Positions 1 to 8,859 are shown, numbered from the stretch's first letter. The stretch: DNA of 64,000 bases from an uncultured Acidimicrobiales bacterium (GCA_938023735.1 CALJDK010000025.1:33057-97056), one strand, 5' to 3'. Notes: a model not told the origin generated them from the sequence alone. Numbers and translations are program-made.

Positions 1-2
1 TG

Positions 3-74
3 ACGGCCATCTATGCCCGAGCGCTCGACACCAAGACCGTCCGACGCCACTACGAGGCGGGTCCGAACCCCTAA
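3..74 (+). CDS. 3' end of an unidentified CDS entering from upstream (...TAIYARALDTKTVRRHYEAGPNP*)
   Basis: Frame is open from the window edge to TAA at 72-74, with GC-rich third codon positions. Too short to assign a family. Confidence 0.3.
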   Translation, partial: TAIYARALDTKTVRRHYEAGPNP

Positions 75-96
75 GCCACGATCGGCTCGGCACGCT

Positions 97-720
97 CTAC
101 AGAATCGTGCACCCAGAATCTTCGAGTTCGGCGATGGCATTGTCGCCGTCGCCCGGTTCAAGGTTGACCGCACGCGACATCTCGGTGGGTACCGAGACCG
201 CGTAGCCGTTGGCCAAGGCGTCGAGAGCGGTGGCCTTGACACAAACGTCGAGCGCCAAGCCCACGACCACGACATCGGTGATGGATCTATCGGCCAGGAG
301 TTCGTGGAGTTCGGTTGGGCGTTCGTGGCCGGTGGTGGCATCGCGCATCGTAAAGCCCGAGTAGCCGTCCTCACCGTTGGTGCCCTTCTGCACGACGGGC
401 CCGACAACTTCGAGGTCGTCGCACAGCGACGCACCCCAGGTGTCGCGCACGCAATGCACCGGCCACACTCCCCCGTCGGTCACGAAGTGCGGAGTGCGTT
501 CGGGGTGCCAGTCCTGGGTGTACACGACAAAGGCACCAGCTTTCGTGGCCTCGGCTATATGAGAATTGATGGTGTCGACAATCTGATCGCCGCCGTCTAC
601 AAACAGGCTGCCATCGGGGCTGGCAAAGTCATGTTGCATGTCGACCACCACCAGTGCCGTGGCGGGGCCATAGCTCGGGGCTTGGGGATCGATGGTGGTC
701 ACTGCGATATCTCCGTTCAC
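97..720 (-). CDS. pncA: nicotinamidase/pyrazinamidase (isochorismatase family)
   Basis: 207 aa. VVVDMQHDF..., YTQDWHP and LALDVCV match the cysteine-hydrolase/PncA pattern. Divergent from pncB, 34 bp away. Confidence 0.85.
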   Translation of the reverse strand: MNGDIAVTTIDPQAPSYGPATALVVVDMQHDFASPDGSLFVDGGDQIVDTINSHIAEATKAGAFVVYTQDWHPERTPHFVTDGGVWPVHCVRDTWGASLCDDLEVVGPVVQKGTNGEDGYSGFTMRDATTGHERPTELHELLADRSITDVVVVGLALDVCVKATALDALANGYAVSVPTEMSRAVNLEPGDGDNAIAELEDSGCTIL

Positions 721-754
721 TGTCGCACCGTTTCACGCTTAGGCTAGTGGGCTT

Positions 755-2302
755 ATGGGAATTGCTGAACGTGCGTGGGCCGAGCGGGCTTTGTTTCTCG
801 ACAACTACCAACTCACGATGGCGCAACTGTATTTCCGCCATGGGATTCACGAAAGCACGGCGCAGTTCGAGCATTTCACTCGCAGTTGTCCCAACTACGG
901 CAACCACCAGGCGGGCTACTGCATCGCCGCCGGCCTCGAGTGGCTTCTCGACTGGATGGATGAAGCGAGCATCACCGACGCAGACATCGAGGCGTTGCGG
1001 TCGCAGCGAACCGCCACCGGCGAACAGCTCTTCGATGACGATTTCCTCTCCTGGCTTCGGGCCAACGGCTCGTTCGATTCGCTTTCGCTCCGAGCAGTTC
1101 CTGAAGGACGCGTGGTACATCCCAACGCTCCTCTCACCATCGTGCAGGGTCCGTTGGCCATCGCCCAACTTCTCGAAACCTCGTTGCTGAATCACTTGAA
1201 TTTTCAGACGCTTATCGCGACGAAGGCGAGCCGTATGGTTGAGGCCGCTCGTGGGCGACCAGTTCTCGAATTCGGTTTGCGACGCTCACCCGAGCATGCG
1301 GCTTCGGCGGCGACCCGAGCGGCCCTCATCGGCGGCGCAGACTTCTCGTCGAACACCGGCATCTCCAAGGTGCTGGGCGTCCCGCCCAAGGGAACCCATG
1401 CCCACAGCATGGTGCAGGTCTTCATGGCGCTCGGCGAAGGCGAGCTTGGGGCCTTCCGGTCCTATGCAAAGCAGTACCCCGACGATTGTCTGCTCCTGGT
1501 CGACACCATCGACACACTGCGCAGCGGCGTCCCCAACGCCATCACCGTGTTCGACGAGCTGCGTTCCGCTGGCCACAAGCCGGTCGGAGTTCGACTCGAC
1601 TCTGGCGACCTTGCGTATCTCGCCATTCAGTCGGCGCTGCTTCTCGATGCAGCCGGTCACGGCGAAACCAGCATCACCCTTTCGAGCGGACTCGACGAAC
1701 TCTCGATCTTTCAGATCCTGGCCCAGATCGACCAGGAGGCGCCGCGATATGGACTCTCAGCCGGGCAACTCATCAACCGATTGTCGTTTGGTGTTGGATC
1801 GAAGCTCACCGCATCTGATGGTCATCCCTATCTCGATGGTGTCTACAAGCTGGTGGCGCTTGAGAACCAAGGTGAGTGGCGGCCGGCAATCAAGCTGTCG
1901 GAGTCACCAGCGAAGTCTCAAACCCCTGGCGACAAGGATCTAATCCGGGTCTACGACGACCGGGGCCGCGCCACCGCCGATCTTTTGACCGTGGCCGGCG
2001 AAGAACTCCCCGACGATTTCATTACCCTGCAACACCCCATCGAACACGGCGTGCGCCGTCGACTGCCCAACGAGCGGGTGTCGGCCGTCGAGTCGCTGCT
2101 ACGCGACGTATACGGCCACGGCAAGCGGGTGGGCGAGCAGTCATCGCTAACCCAAATCCGAGAACGCCGCGATCGCGATATCGAGAAGCTTGACCCGGGT
2201 GTGCGGCGACTCGTGAACCCCCACACCTACCATGTGTCACTCTCGCCGGACCTATGGGATCTCAAGCAGCGTCTCATCACCGAGGCACGCGGCACCGGCT
2301 AG
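755..2302 (+). CDS. pncB: nicotinate phosphoribosyltransferase
   Basis: 515 aa. N-terminus [15 protein letters not shown] and HAHSMVQ are typical of NAPRTase. Paired with pncA. Confidence 0.9.
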   Translation: MGIAERAWAERALFLDNYQLTMAQLYFRHGIHESTAQFEHFTRSCPNYGNHQAGYCIAAGLEWLLDWMDEASITDADIEALRSQRTATGEQLFDDDFLSWLRANGSFDSLSLRAVPEGRVVHPNAPLTIVQGPLAIAQLLETSLLNHLNFQTLIATKASRMVEAARGRPVLEFGLRRSPEHAASAATRAALIGGADFSSNTGISKVLGVPPKGTHAHSMVQVFMALGEGELGAFRSYAKQYPDDCLLLVDTIDTLRSGVPNAITVFDELRSAGHKPVGVRLDSGDLAYLAIQSALLLDAAGHGETSITLSSGLDELSIFQILAQIDQEAPRYGLSAGQLINRLSFGVGSKLTASDGHPYLDGVYKLVALENQGEWRPAIKLSESPAKSQTPGDKDLIRVYDDRGRATADLLTVAGEELPDDFITLQHPIEHGVRRRLPNERVSAVESLLRDVYGHGKRVGEQSSLTQIRERRDRDIEKLDPGVRRLVNPHTYHVSLSPDLWDLKQRLITEARGTG

Positions 2303-2413
2303 CAAAAACCAAGAAGAGCGCTACCGGGGTAGCAATGTGACAGAGAAGAACCCGTTATTGTTGGTCAGTTGAACGAACAATAGATACCGAATGAACAAAT
2401 CAGTTGAGGGAAG

Positions 2414-3763
2414 ATGTCCGACGCAAACCCACCCGCATGGCACATCGACCCCTTCGACTCGAACCGACTGCGATGGTGGAACGGCACGGAGTGGACCGAG
2501 CACACCGAGCCTCAAACAACTCCTGAACCGATTGCAGAAACGAGCGTTATCGGCGACCAAGCCGGCGCCCATTACGAGTCCCCGCACGAAACGTTCTCGC
2601 CCCCCGGCACCGCCCCTGAAGGTCTCGACGCTGAGCGAGAGGCTTGGTTGAAGTTCGCGAAATCCGAGTACGACGAGATGGTCGAGTCGTTCGACCGGGA
2701 ACGCGCTGGCCTCGAATCAGAAGTGGCCGCTATCGAGACACAACTCATCGACCTCGGCGAGCGGCAGGAGATGCAGGAGGTAGGACTCGACGATGACGGT
2801 ACTCACCCCGTCTCGACCTCGGTTGAGTTTAAGGACGCAGTTACTACCGCAAAGAAGCGCCGAAAGGAGATGGCAAAGCGCAAAGACGCCGTGCTGGGCT
2901 CAACAAGCTGGACAGTCAACGGGTCGATCAAGGAAGGCAGGCAGATGGTCGACCAATTCTCGAAACTTATGCTTCGCTCCTACAACTCAGAACTCGACTC
3001 CCTCATAAAGGCGACCAACGCCACGAACTCCGCAGCGAAAATGACGGCTCTCGGCAAGAAGCGCGACCAGATCCGCAAGCTCGGCGCTTCGATGAACATC
3101 GAAGTTCATCCTGAGTATCACGAACTCGCAAGCTACGAAATACAAGTGACCGGACTCTACCAAGCTGCCAAACTCCGAGAGAAGGAAGCGGACCGGGCAC
3201 ACAAAGAGCAGCTGCGAGAACAGAAGAAGGTCGAAGCGGAGATAAAGCGGGAGCAGGAAAAACTCGACAAGGAAGCGGAGCTACACCGGCAAGCATTGGC
3301 GACGATCGAAAACGATCCCGATGCTGACCCAAACCAGCTTGCGGAATTGCGAGCGAAGGTGGCGGAGGTCGAAGCCGCCCAAGCAGACGTTATGAAGCGT
3401 GAAGCCAATACACGTGCCGGCCACGTCTACGTCATTTCGAACCAGGGGTCGTTCGGTGAGGACATGGTTAAGATAGGTATGACTAGACGCCTTGAACCTC
3501 TTGACCGAGTCCGCGAGCTTGGCGACGCTTCCGTTCCGTTCAGATTTTCCGTTCACGCACTACTCTTCTCCGACGATGCTGTGGGTCTTGAGGCGGAGCT
3601 TCACCGGCGATTTGCTGCGGTGCGGGTCAATAGAATCAACCACCGGCGAGAGTTCTTCAGGACGACGCCCGAAGCCGTTCGGGACGCCCTCGTCGACCTC
3701 AACGCACATATCGTCGAGTTCGACCCAAACCCGATTGACGAGGAGTGGGCGGCGTCGCAATGA
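2414..3763 (+). CDS. DUF2510 / DUF4041 coiled-coil / T5orf172 (MUG113, GIY-YIG-like) domain protein
   Basis: 449 aa. The N-terminus PAWHIDPF..LRWWNGTEWTEHT is DUF2510-like. The middle is a long K/E-rich coiled coil. The C-terminus GHVYVISN...VKIGMTRRLEPLDRVRELGDASVPFRF...LHRRF matches the T5orf172/MUG113 pattern. Confidence 0.8.
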   Translation: MSDANPPAWHIDPFDSNRLRWWNGTEWTEHTEPQTTPEPIAETSVIGDQAGAHYESPHETFSPPGTAPEGLDAEREAWLKFAKSEYDEMVESFDRERAGLESEVAAIETQLIDLGERQEMQEVGLDDDGTHPVSTSVEFKDAVTTAKKRRKEMAKRKDAVLGSTSWTVNGSIKEGRQMVDQFSKLMLRSYNSELDSLIKATNATNSAAKMTALGKKRDQIRKLGASMNIEVHPEYHELASYEIQVTGLYQAAKLREKEADRAHKEQLREQKKVEAEIKREQEKLDKEAELHRQALATIENDPDADPNQLAELRAKVAEVEAAQADVMKREANTRAGHVYVISNQGSFGEDMVKIGMTRRLEPLDRVRELGDASVPFRFSVHALLFSDDAVGLEAELHRRFAAVRVNRINHRREFFRTTPEAVRDALVDLNAHIVEFDPNPIDEEWAASQ

Positions 3764-3939
3764 CCAAACCGAATCCATTCCGGGAGCAGGGCTCACTTGC
3801 CGACCGCCAGCAATCGATCTGGTACCGGAAGCGTCTCGATGGCGAAGACCCAACCAAAATTGACCGAGCGAAGCTAACCGCAGAAAAGGCCAAGCGGAAG
3901 ATAGGCAAAACAGAACGCTGGCGGCGAAAGAAGACATAG
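3760..3939 (+). CDS. small basic hypothetical protein (59 aa) coupled to the upstream gene
   Basis: Its ATG overlaps the upstream stop (ATGA at 3760-3763). The product MTKPNPFREQ...KRKIGKTERWRRKKT has a Lys/Arg-rich tail. No family recognised. Confidence 0.45.
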   Translation: MTKPNPFREQGSLADRQQSIWYRKRLDGEDPTKIDRAKLTAEKAKRKIGKTERWRRKKT

Positions 3940-4019
3940 GCAAGCAGGACGCTCAAATCCTGAACCATCCCTGTGCTCATGGCGGTGGCAAGATTGAGTC
4001 GGTGCGGGCCGAAATTGGA

Positions 4020-4058
4020 GGAAAAACCAAGAAGAGCGCTACCGAAGTAGCGCTCTTC
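4020..4058 (-). terminator. intrinsic terminator of tRNA-Gly
   Basis: Perfect 12-bp stem GAAGAGCGCTAC-CGAA-GTAGCGCTCTTC at 4031-4058. On the minus strand it is followed by TTGGTTTTTCC. It begins 3 nt after the tRNA CCA end. Confidence 0.65.
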
Positions 4059-4061
4059 CTC

Positions 4062-4137
4062 TGGAGCGGACGACCAGATTCGAACTGGCGACCCTCACCT
4101 TGGCAAGGTGATGCTCTACCAACTGAGCTACGTCCGC
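4062..4137 (-). tRNA. tRNA-Gly (anticodon GCC), CCA encoded
   Basis: The reverse complement is GCGGACGTAGCTCAGTTGGTAGAGCATCACCTTGCCAAGGTGAGGGTCGCCAGTTCGAATCTGGTCGTCCGCTCCA. It folds by hand into a cloverleaf: 7-bp acceptor stem, anticodon loop TTGCCAA, T-loop TTCGAAT, discriminator U73. Confidence 0.95.
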
Positions 4138-4192
4138 AGGGTCACTCACTTTAGCAACCAAATGCCTCATCGCCACAGCGGGCGACGCAGGT

Positions 4193-4411
4193 TTAGCCTT
4201 CGGATCGAAGGTCGATCGTAAGGGTCAATACCCCATCGTCGAACTGCACCTCGGCATCGGCCAGCATGGCGAAATCCATGAAATCGTTCTGGGCTTGTTC
4301 GAGGAAGAGCGCCCGCTCATCGCCGCCCACTGGCGGCAGGGTGCGCTTCTTCACTGCTGCGGCTCGCGAGGCGAACCGGTCGATCATTTCTTGGGGATTA
4401 AAGGACGACAT
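4193..4411 (-). CDS. hypothetical protein (72 aa)
   Basis: Its start overlaps the upstream gene's stop (TAATG at 4409-4413). Acidic product, no recognisable family. Confidence 0.55.
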   Translation of the reverse strand: MSSFNPQEMIDRFASRAAAVKKRTLPPVGGDERALFLEQAQNDFMDFAMLADAEVQFDDGVLTLTIDLRSEG

Positions 4412-4869
4412 TACGAAACCTCTCGCTCAACTTCTGGCAGCTCAAACTCATCGTCGACAAGCTCAACGACGGCGTCGTCAACCTCAGGTATTCCATCGAT
4501 GCTCTCTGGATCAATGCTCTCTGGATCAATGCTGTTTGAGTGAATGCTGTTTGAGTGAATGCCGTCTGAGTGAATGCTCTCCTCGGCAACACTGCTGGCC
4601 ACGGCTTCGGGTTGTCGGCTCTCGGCATAGGCCGCTTTGCGGGCCTGCTTCTTCGAGTGCGCTCGAGCACGCCGTTTGGGGTCGGTGTGGATCCAGTAGA
4701 AAATCGTCAAGATGAGCAGCCCAATGGCGATTCCCATCAGACTCGACTTCACGATCTGCACCGTATCGTTGGCTTCGGCGCCGTTGGGAACGGCCTGGGC
4801 GGCAACAGGCGCCGCCAGCACGAGCGCGCTGACAAGCATCGCCGCCGTTACTCCCACGCCACGCCTGAC
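4411..4869 (-). CDS. membrane-anchored protein with an acidic tail of pentapeptide repeats (start uncertain)
   Basis: Signal-like AAMLVSALVLAAPVAAQA, one TM segment (GIAIGLLILTIFYWI), and a repeat tail IHSDGIHSNSIHSNSIDPESIDPESIDG. The track ORF extends to 5106 but overlaps nei, so a GTG at 4869 or the ATG at 4839 is more plausible. Confidence 0.55.
   Translation of the reverse strand, partial: VRRGVGVTAAMLVSALVLAAPVAAQAVPNGAEANDTVQIVKSSLMGIAIGLLILTIFYWIHTDPKRRARAHSKKQARKAAYAESRQPEAVASSVAEESIHSDGIHSNSIHSNSIDPESIDPESIDGIPEVDDAVVELVDDEFELPEVEREVS
4499..4573. repeat. five tandem 15-bp repeats inside the CDS
   Basis: ATGCTCTCTGGATCA x2, ATGCTGTTTGAGTGA x2 and ATGCCGTCTGAGTGA, read directly. They are in-frame, 5 codons per unit. 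Confidence 0.9.
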
Positions 4870-4957
4870 CGTGCGACGAAGAAGCGCCGCTCGCCCTGAT
4901 CCCGAACAATCCACCCTTTGATCGTAGCCGGTGGCGACGCAGCGGAAAGGGAGCACC

Positions 4958-5737
4958 CTAGAGCTGGTGTTTTGGGCACCAGTAGGTCGTACGACCGCCG
5001 ACTTTGTCTCGGGACAGGTCAAAACCGTCGAGGGGGCACACACCTGCCGCGTGACGCTCGTCGTGCAGGTCGCCTCGATGGGAACCTCCTCGGCTGTCGA
5101 GTTCATCGAGAACCTCGCGAACCTGCCTTGCGAGTTGGTGGATTTCGTCCCGTGAAAGGCTTCCGGCTGCCCGAGTTGGGGCGATACCGGCCCGCCACAG
5201 AATCTCGTCGGTAAGCAGATTTCCGAGGCCGGCCACCCGCTTCTGGTCGAGCAGACGGGCCTTCAGCGCCCCTCGGCCTTCGGCCAAAGCATTCGACAGC
5301 CCCTTCTCGTCGAGCCGCCAGGCATCGATGCCCAAGGCAGCCTCATCGGGATCGAGCTCGACCCCACCGAGGCGGCGAGGATCTCGCATCGTGAGCTTCC
5401 CGTGATCAAACACCAACGCGAACCGGTCCCACGCCGGGTCGTTTCGGTCGCTCGAGTACTCGAGCACGTCGATTGCCGCGTCGTCATCGACGATCAGCCG
5501 ACCGGTCATCCCGAATCGCAAACCTAGCGTCGGTCGCTGATCGCCCAGATCGAGGAGAAGTAGTTTGCCGTGGCGCCGGGAAGCCCGGATGGTGGCGTTG
5601 GTGATCGCATCGGTCACGGCATCGGCCGTGCACCCCTTCAGGTACCACGAGTCAGGAGCTTCGACCCTGCGGATCGTGCGGCCAATGACATTCTCGGCGA
5701 ACCTTCGATAGATCTCGATTTCGAGTATCTCAGGCAC
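4958..5737 (-). CDS. Fpg/Nei-family DNA glycosylase / AP lyase
   Basis: GTG start at 5737 gives (M)PEILEIEIYRR, with the catalytic Pro2/Glu3 motif. The H2TH region is LLDQKRVAGLGNLLTDEILW. The C-terminal CP...YWCPKHQ is finger-like. The track's longer ORF (to 6118) overlaps metX. Confidence 0.85.
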   Translation of the reverse strand: MPEILEIEIYRRFAENVIGRTIRRVEAPDSWYLKGCTADAVTDAITNATIRASRRHGKLLLLDLGDQRPTLGLRFGMTGRLIVDDDAAIDVLEYSSDRNDPAWDRFALVFDHGKLTMRDPRRLGGVELDPDEAALGIDAWRLDEKGLSNALAEGRGALKARLLDQKRVAGLGNLLTDEILWRAGIAPTRAAGSLSRDEIHQLARQVREVLDELDSRGGSHRGDLHDERHAAGVCPLDGFDLSRDKVGGRTTYWCPKHQL

Positions 5738-5754
5738 GAAGCTTTGCCTCGCCC

Positions 5755-6936
5755 CTAGGCGTTGGTGTCGGCGATGAACTTTGCGATCATCGGCCCAATT
5801 GCCGCCGACTCGAGAAGGAACCCGTCGTGCCCCTGCGGACTCTCGACCATTTCGTACTGCACCGACTGGCCCGACGATTCGAGCGCTTCGGCCATCTGTT
5901 GTTGCTGCCAAGGTTGGTACAACATGTCGGAGCTGACGCTCACCACAAGACTCGGAACCCGCACCCGCTTCACCGCATTGTCGACGCCGTTTCGTCCACG
6001 ACCAACGTCGTGGAGATCCATGGCCCGGTTGAGCACGAGATAGGAGTTGGCGTCGAAACGCCGGGCCAACTTCTGGCCGTGATGATCGAGGTAGCTCTCG
6101 ACTTGGAACCGACCCCAAAGTCCAAAACCGTCAAGCGAGTCAAGCGACTCACGCCCAAAGCGCTTCTGGAAAACTTCGTCGGACCGGTAGGTGACCTGTG
6201 CGACCGCGCGAGCTGCGGCAAGCCCCGCGTGCGGGCCGTCACCGGCTTCAGCCTCGTAGTACTCGCCACCACGCCACTTGGGGTCGAGCGCCAGCGAGCG
6301 ACGCCCCAGAGCGCTCCACGCAAGCTGCTGAGCTGACGCTGCGAGGGTGCTGGCCAGTGCGGTGAAGGAACGGAGCCGATCGGGGTACATGATGGCCCAT
6401 TCGATGACCTGCATGCCGCCCATCGAGCCACCAACCACGTGGTTCCACACGTCGATACCGAGATGGTCGGCCAGGCGGGCCTGAGTGCGCACCATGTCGC
6501 GAATCGTTACCACCGGAAAGCTGGAACCATACGGCTTGCCCGTGGCGGGATCGACCGATGCGGGACCCGTCGTCCCTTGGCAGCCCCCCAGCACGTTCGC
6601 GCAAACCACAAAGTACCGGTCGGTATCGATGGCCAGGCCGGGTCCGACAAAGTCATTCCACCATCCATCGGCCTTGTGTGCTCGCGACAGTTCGCCCGCA
6701 GCATGTGAATCGCCGGTGAGGGCATGGCAAACCAACACTGCATTCGATGCCGACTCATCGAGCTCGCCCCAGGTTTCATAGGCGATCTCAACCGCCCGAA
6801 GCGATCCGCCCAACTCGAGGACAAATGGCCGATCGTCGGCAATGGTCAAAAATTGGCGATGGCCAACGGCGTCGCCGTGCTGCCACGCGCCGGTTGCAGG
6901 GATATCGGAAGCAAAGTCATGCGGGCGATCAGCCAT
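5755..6936 (-). CDS. metX: homoserine O-acetyltransferase
   Basis: 393 aa. NAVLVCHALTGDSHAAG, GGSMGGMQ (nucleophile elbow) and the alpha/beta-hydrolase MetX pattern. Confidence 0.9.
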   Translation of the reverse strand: MADRPHDFASDIPATGAWQHGDAVGHRQFLTIADDRPFVLELGGSLRAVEIAYETWGELDESASNAVLVCHALTGDSHAAGELSRAHKADGWWNDFVGPGLAIDTDRYFVVCANVLGGCQGTTGPASVDPATGKPYGSSFPVVTIRDMVRTQARLADHLGIDVWNHVVGGSMGGMQVIEWAIMYPDRLRSFTALASTLAASAQQLAWSALGRRSLALDPKWRGGEYYEAEAGDGPHAGLAAARAVAQVTYRSDEVFQKRFGRESLDSLDGFGLWGRFQVESYLDHHGQKLARRFDANSYLVLNRAMDLHDVGRGRNGVDNAVKRVRVPSLVVSVSSDMLYQPWQQQQMAEALESSGQSVQYEMVESPQGHDGFLLESAAIGPMIAKFIADTNA

Positions 6937-8839
6937 CAGACTCTATTTTCCCTCGCGAACGAACCGCACGCACGACTGGGCTGTCGATTGCCAACCGATC
7001 GGTCCACCAGTCGAGAAGTTCATCAGGGGCGACCTGGTAGGCGTCACACATCACCGCACCGAGCTCGACCAGAAGAGTGTCACGGTCCGATGGTGCCGTC
7101 AGGTGACTGCTCGACGCCAATTCTTTTGCCAACGAAGCGCCTCGGTCCCAAGCCGCGCCACCGTTGGGGACGGGCAGGGCGAGGAGCTGTTTGGCCGAAA
7201 GTTTGATTGCATTTGCCGCCAAGGCGGCTCCCGCGGTCCGGCGTAACGCCACCGCAGAGGTAACCGGATTGGTAAGCACCGCAGCAAGGTGCCAGAGCGA
7301 TTCGACGTTCTCTGGTTCGACGCTCAGCACCGGAGTTACCGGGACCATGTTGCCGTCGGGGTCGGCAATGGCCTCGATCACTTTGGTCTGCGTTGCCACC
7401 AGCAGCTTCGGCACTCGGCGGGCCTCGACCCAACCAAATACCCGGCCATCGTCGGCCAGTGCCGTCAGGTCGATGCTCGGCTGCTCCCATCGTTGCTTGG
7501 CAAATCGGCAACTATCGATGCCCCAACGGCAATCAAGCGGCTCGATAAGCCCCGACGTGATGAGTCGTACCGGAGGGCCGTGATGTTTCTCTGGTGCTGT
7601 CTGCTCTGTCGCTGTCTTCTGTGCCTCCTGGGCTTCCTGTGCCACTCGGGCCAACCCGTAGTACTCATCTCGGAACCCGGCGGTCGCCCCGGCAAGGTCG
7701 GCCACCGTCTGCGACGACGAAACCTTCACCCGCGGAACGCCGAGGCGATCGGCCGCGAATTCGGACCATTGCGATGGCGGCGAGGCCGGTGGCACAACAT
7801 GGTCAAACACCGGAATGGACGAGATATAGCGCGCTACCGACTGCTGACGGCCTCCCTTCCGAAGCTTTGGGGCACAGACCCGAACCGAGGCGTCGAACCC
7901 AGCATCGTCGGCGATCCACAGGGCTTCGAGCGCCGAATCGGCCGACACGATTTCGCGGATTGGTTGGGTGTCGTTGGTAGCCAGAATCGATTGCGGAAGG
8001 ATCATCATCGCTACCCCGCCGTCGGCGAGTCGGTCATGTGCGTCGAGCAGGAACAGCGCCGCAGTGTCGGTGTAGGGGCGAACGATCTGCTTGCCGGTAT
8101 AGGAGGTGGCCTGGTTTTCTCTTGCCCGGTCGAATCGGGAACGAAGCGCTTTGGTGTCTTCGGCGGACCGGGCTGTCGTTTCGCCAAGCTGATTTTGAAA
8201 CGGCGGATTTCCGATGATGGCGGTGTAGATGACCTTCTCCGAGCGCGCGTGGTCGGCAAAAAGTTCGTCGATGAAGAAGCCATTCCCAGCACGGACATTG
8301 ACATTGTCGGGGTCCACATCGGCCCAGCTACCCAGCGCCATTCGTGCCGTAGCAGCGGCCAGCGGATCAAGGTCGACGCCGCGTAGTTTCGCGACCGCCG
8401 CAGCACGACTCAACCCCTGTTCGGCCAACCATCGAGCTGCGGCCAGGAGAAAGGCTCCGCCCCCGCAGGTGGGATCGAGGATGTATTCGTGGCTCGGAGC
8501 CGACCCCCAATCTTCGGGACCATCACTAAGCGCGACAGCGGTGATCGCTTCAGCAACCGGCCGGGGTGTGAAGTACATACCTTCGGCATGGCGCTCATCA
8601 GCAGCGGTCACCGCCTGCACGGCAAGCCCGAGCAGATCGGCGGCCTCGATGTCGGGCCCCAGGCCTGGTGGCACGGGCAGCACTGGCAGCACCGGTTCCG
8701 CAAGCAGTTCCTTGTCGATCGGCGCGCCGATATCGGTAGCGACAGCCACCATGACCGCCTCACGGGTTGAGCGAGCGACCACCTGACGCAGGTCGTGGAG
8801 ATAACGCTCGACGTCGTCTCGGACCGGGTTAGGCACCAC
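6929..8839 (-). CDS. N6-adenine DNA methyltransferase, gamma class (Eco57I/TaqI-like), no adjacent nuclease
   Basis: 636 aa. YFTPRPVAEAI, motif I ILDPTCGGGAFL and motif IV IIGNPPF, followed by about 300 aa consistent with a TaqI-like target-recognition domain. The 3' end overlaps the metX start by 8 nt. Confidence 0.8.
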   Translation of the reverse strand: MVPNPVRDDVERYLHDLRQVVARSTREAVMVAVATDIGAPIDKELLAEPVLPVLPVPPGLGPDIEAADLLGLAVQAVTAADERHAEGMYFTPRPVAEAITAVALSDGPEDWGSAPSHEYILDPTCGGGAFLLAAARWLAEQGLSRAAAVAKLRGVDLDPLAAATARMALGSWADVDPDNVNVRAGNGFFIDELFADHARSEKVIYTAIIGNPPFQNQLGETTARSAEDTKALRSRFDRARENQATSYTGKQIVRPYTDTAALFLLDAHDRLADGGVAMMILPQSILATNDTQPIREIVSADSALEALWIADDAGFDASVRVCAPKLRKGGRQQSVARYISSIPVFDHVVPPASPPSQWSEFAADRLGVPRVKVSSSQTVADLAGATAGFRDEYYGLARVAQEAQEAQKTATEQTAPEKHHGPPVRLITSGLIEPLDCRWGIDSCRFAKQRWEQPSIDLTALADDGRVFGWVEARRVPKLLVATQTKVIEAIADPDGNMVPVTPVLSVEPENVESLWHLAAVLTNPVTSAVALRRTAGAALAANAIKLSAKQLLALPVPNGGAAWDRGASLAKELASSSHLTAPSDRDTLLVELGAVMCDAYQVAPDELLDWWTDRLAIDSPVVRAVRSRGKIESDG

Positions 8840-8859
8840 TTGAGCCTACGCTCCAAGGA

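Larger units (their letters stand above)
2304..4051. mobile_element. putative integrated element or insertion bounded by direct repeats; no recombinase gene
   Basis: The 23-mer AAAAACCAAGAAGAGCGCTACCG occurs at 2304-2326 and 4022-4044 (28/30 over 30 bp). The interior starts AT-rich and holds only two ORFs. It lies between the pncB stop and the tRNA-Gly terminator. Confidence 0.5.

Noticed and set aside
4958-6118. 386-aa version of the Fpg/Nei ORF, and the 231-aa version of the membrane-protein ORF (4411..5106).
   Set aside because: The N-terminal extensions overlap metX and nei respectively and are Arg-rich. Fpg/Nei enzymes need Pro at position 2, which fixes the start at the GTG at 5737.
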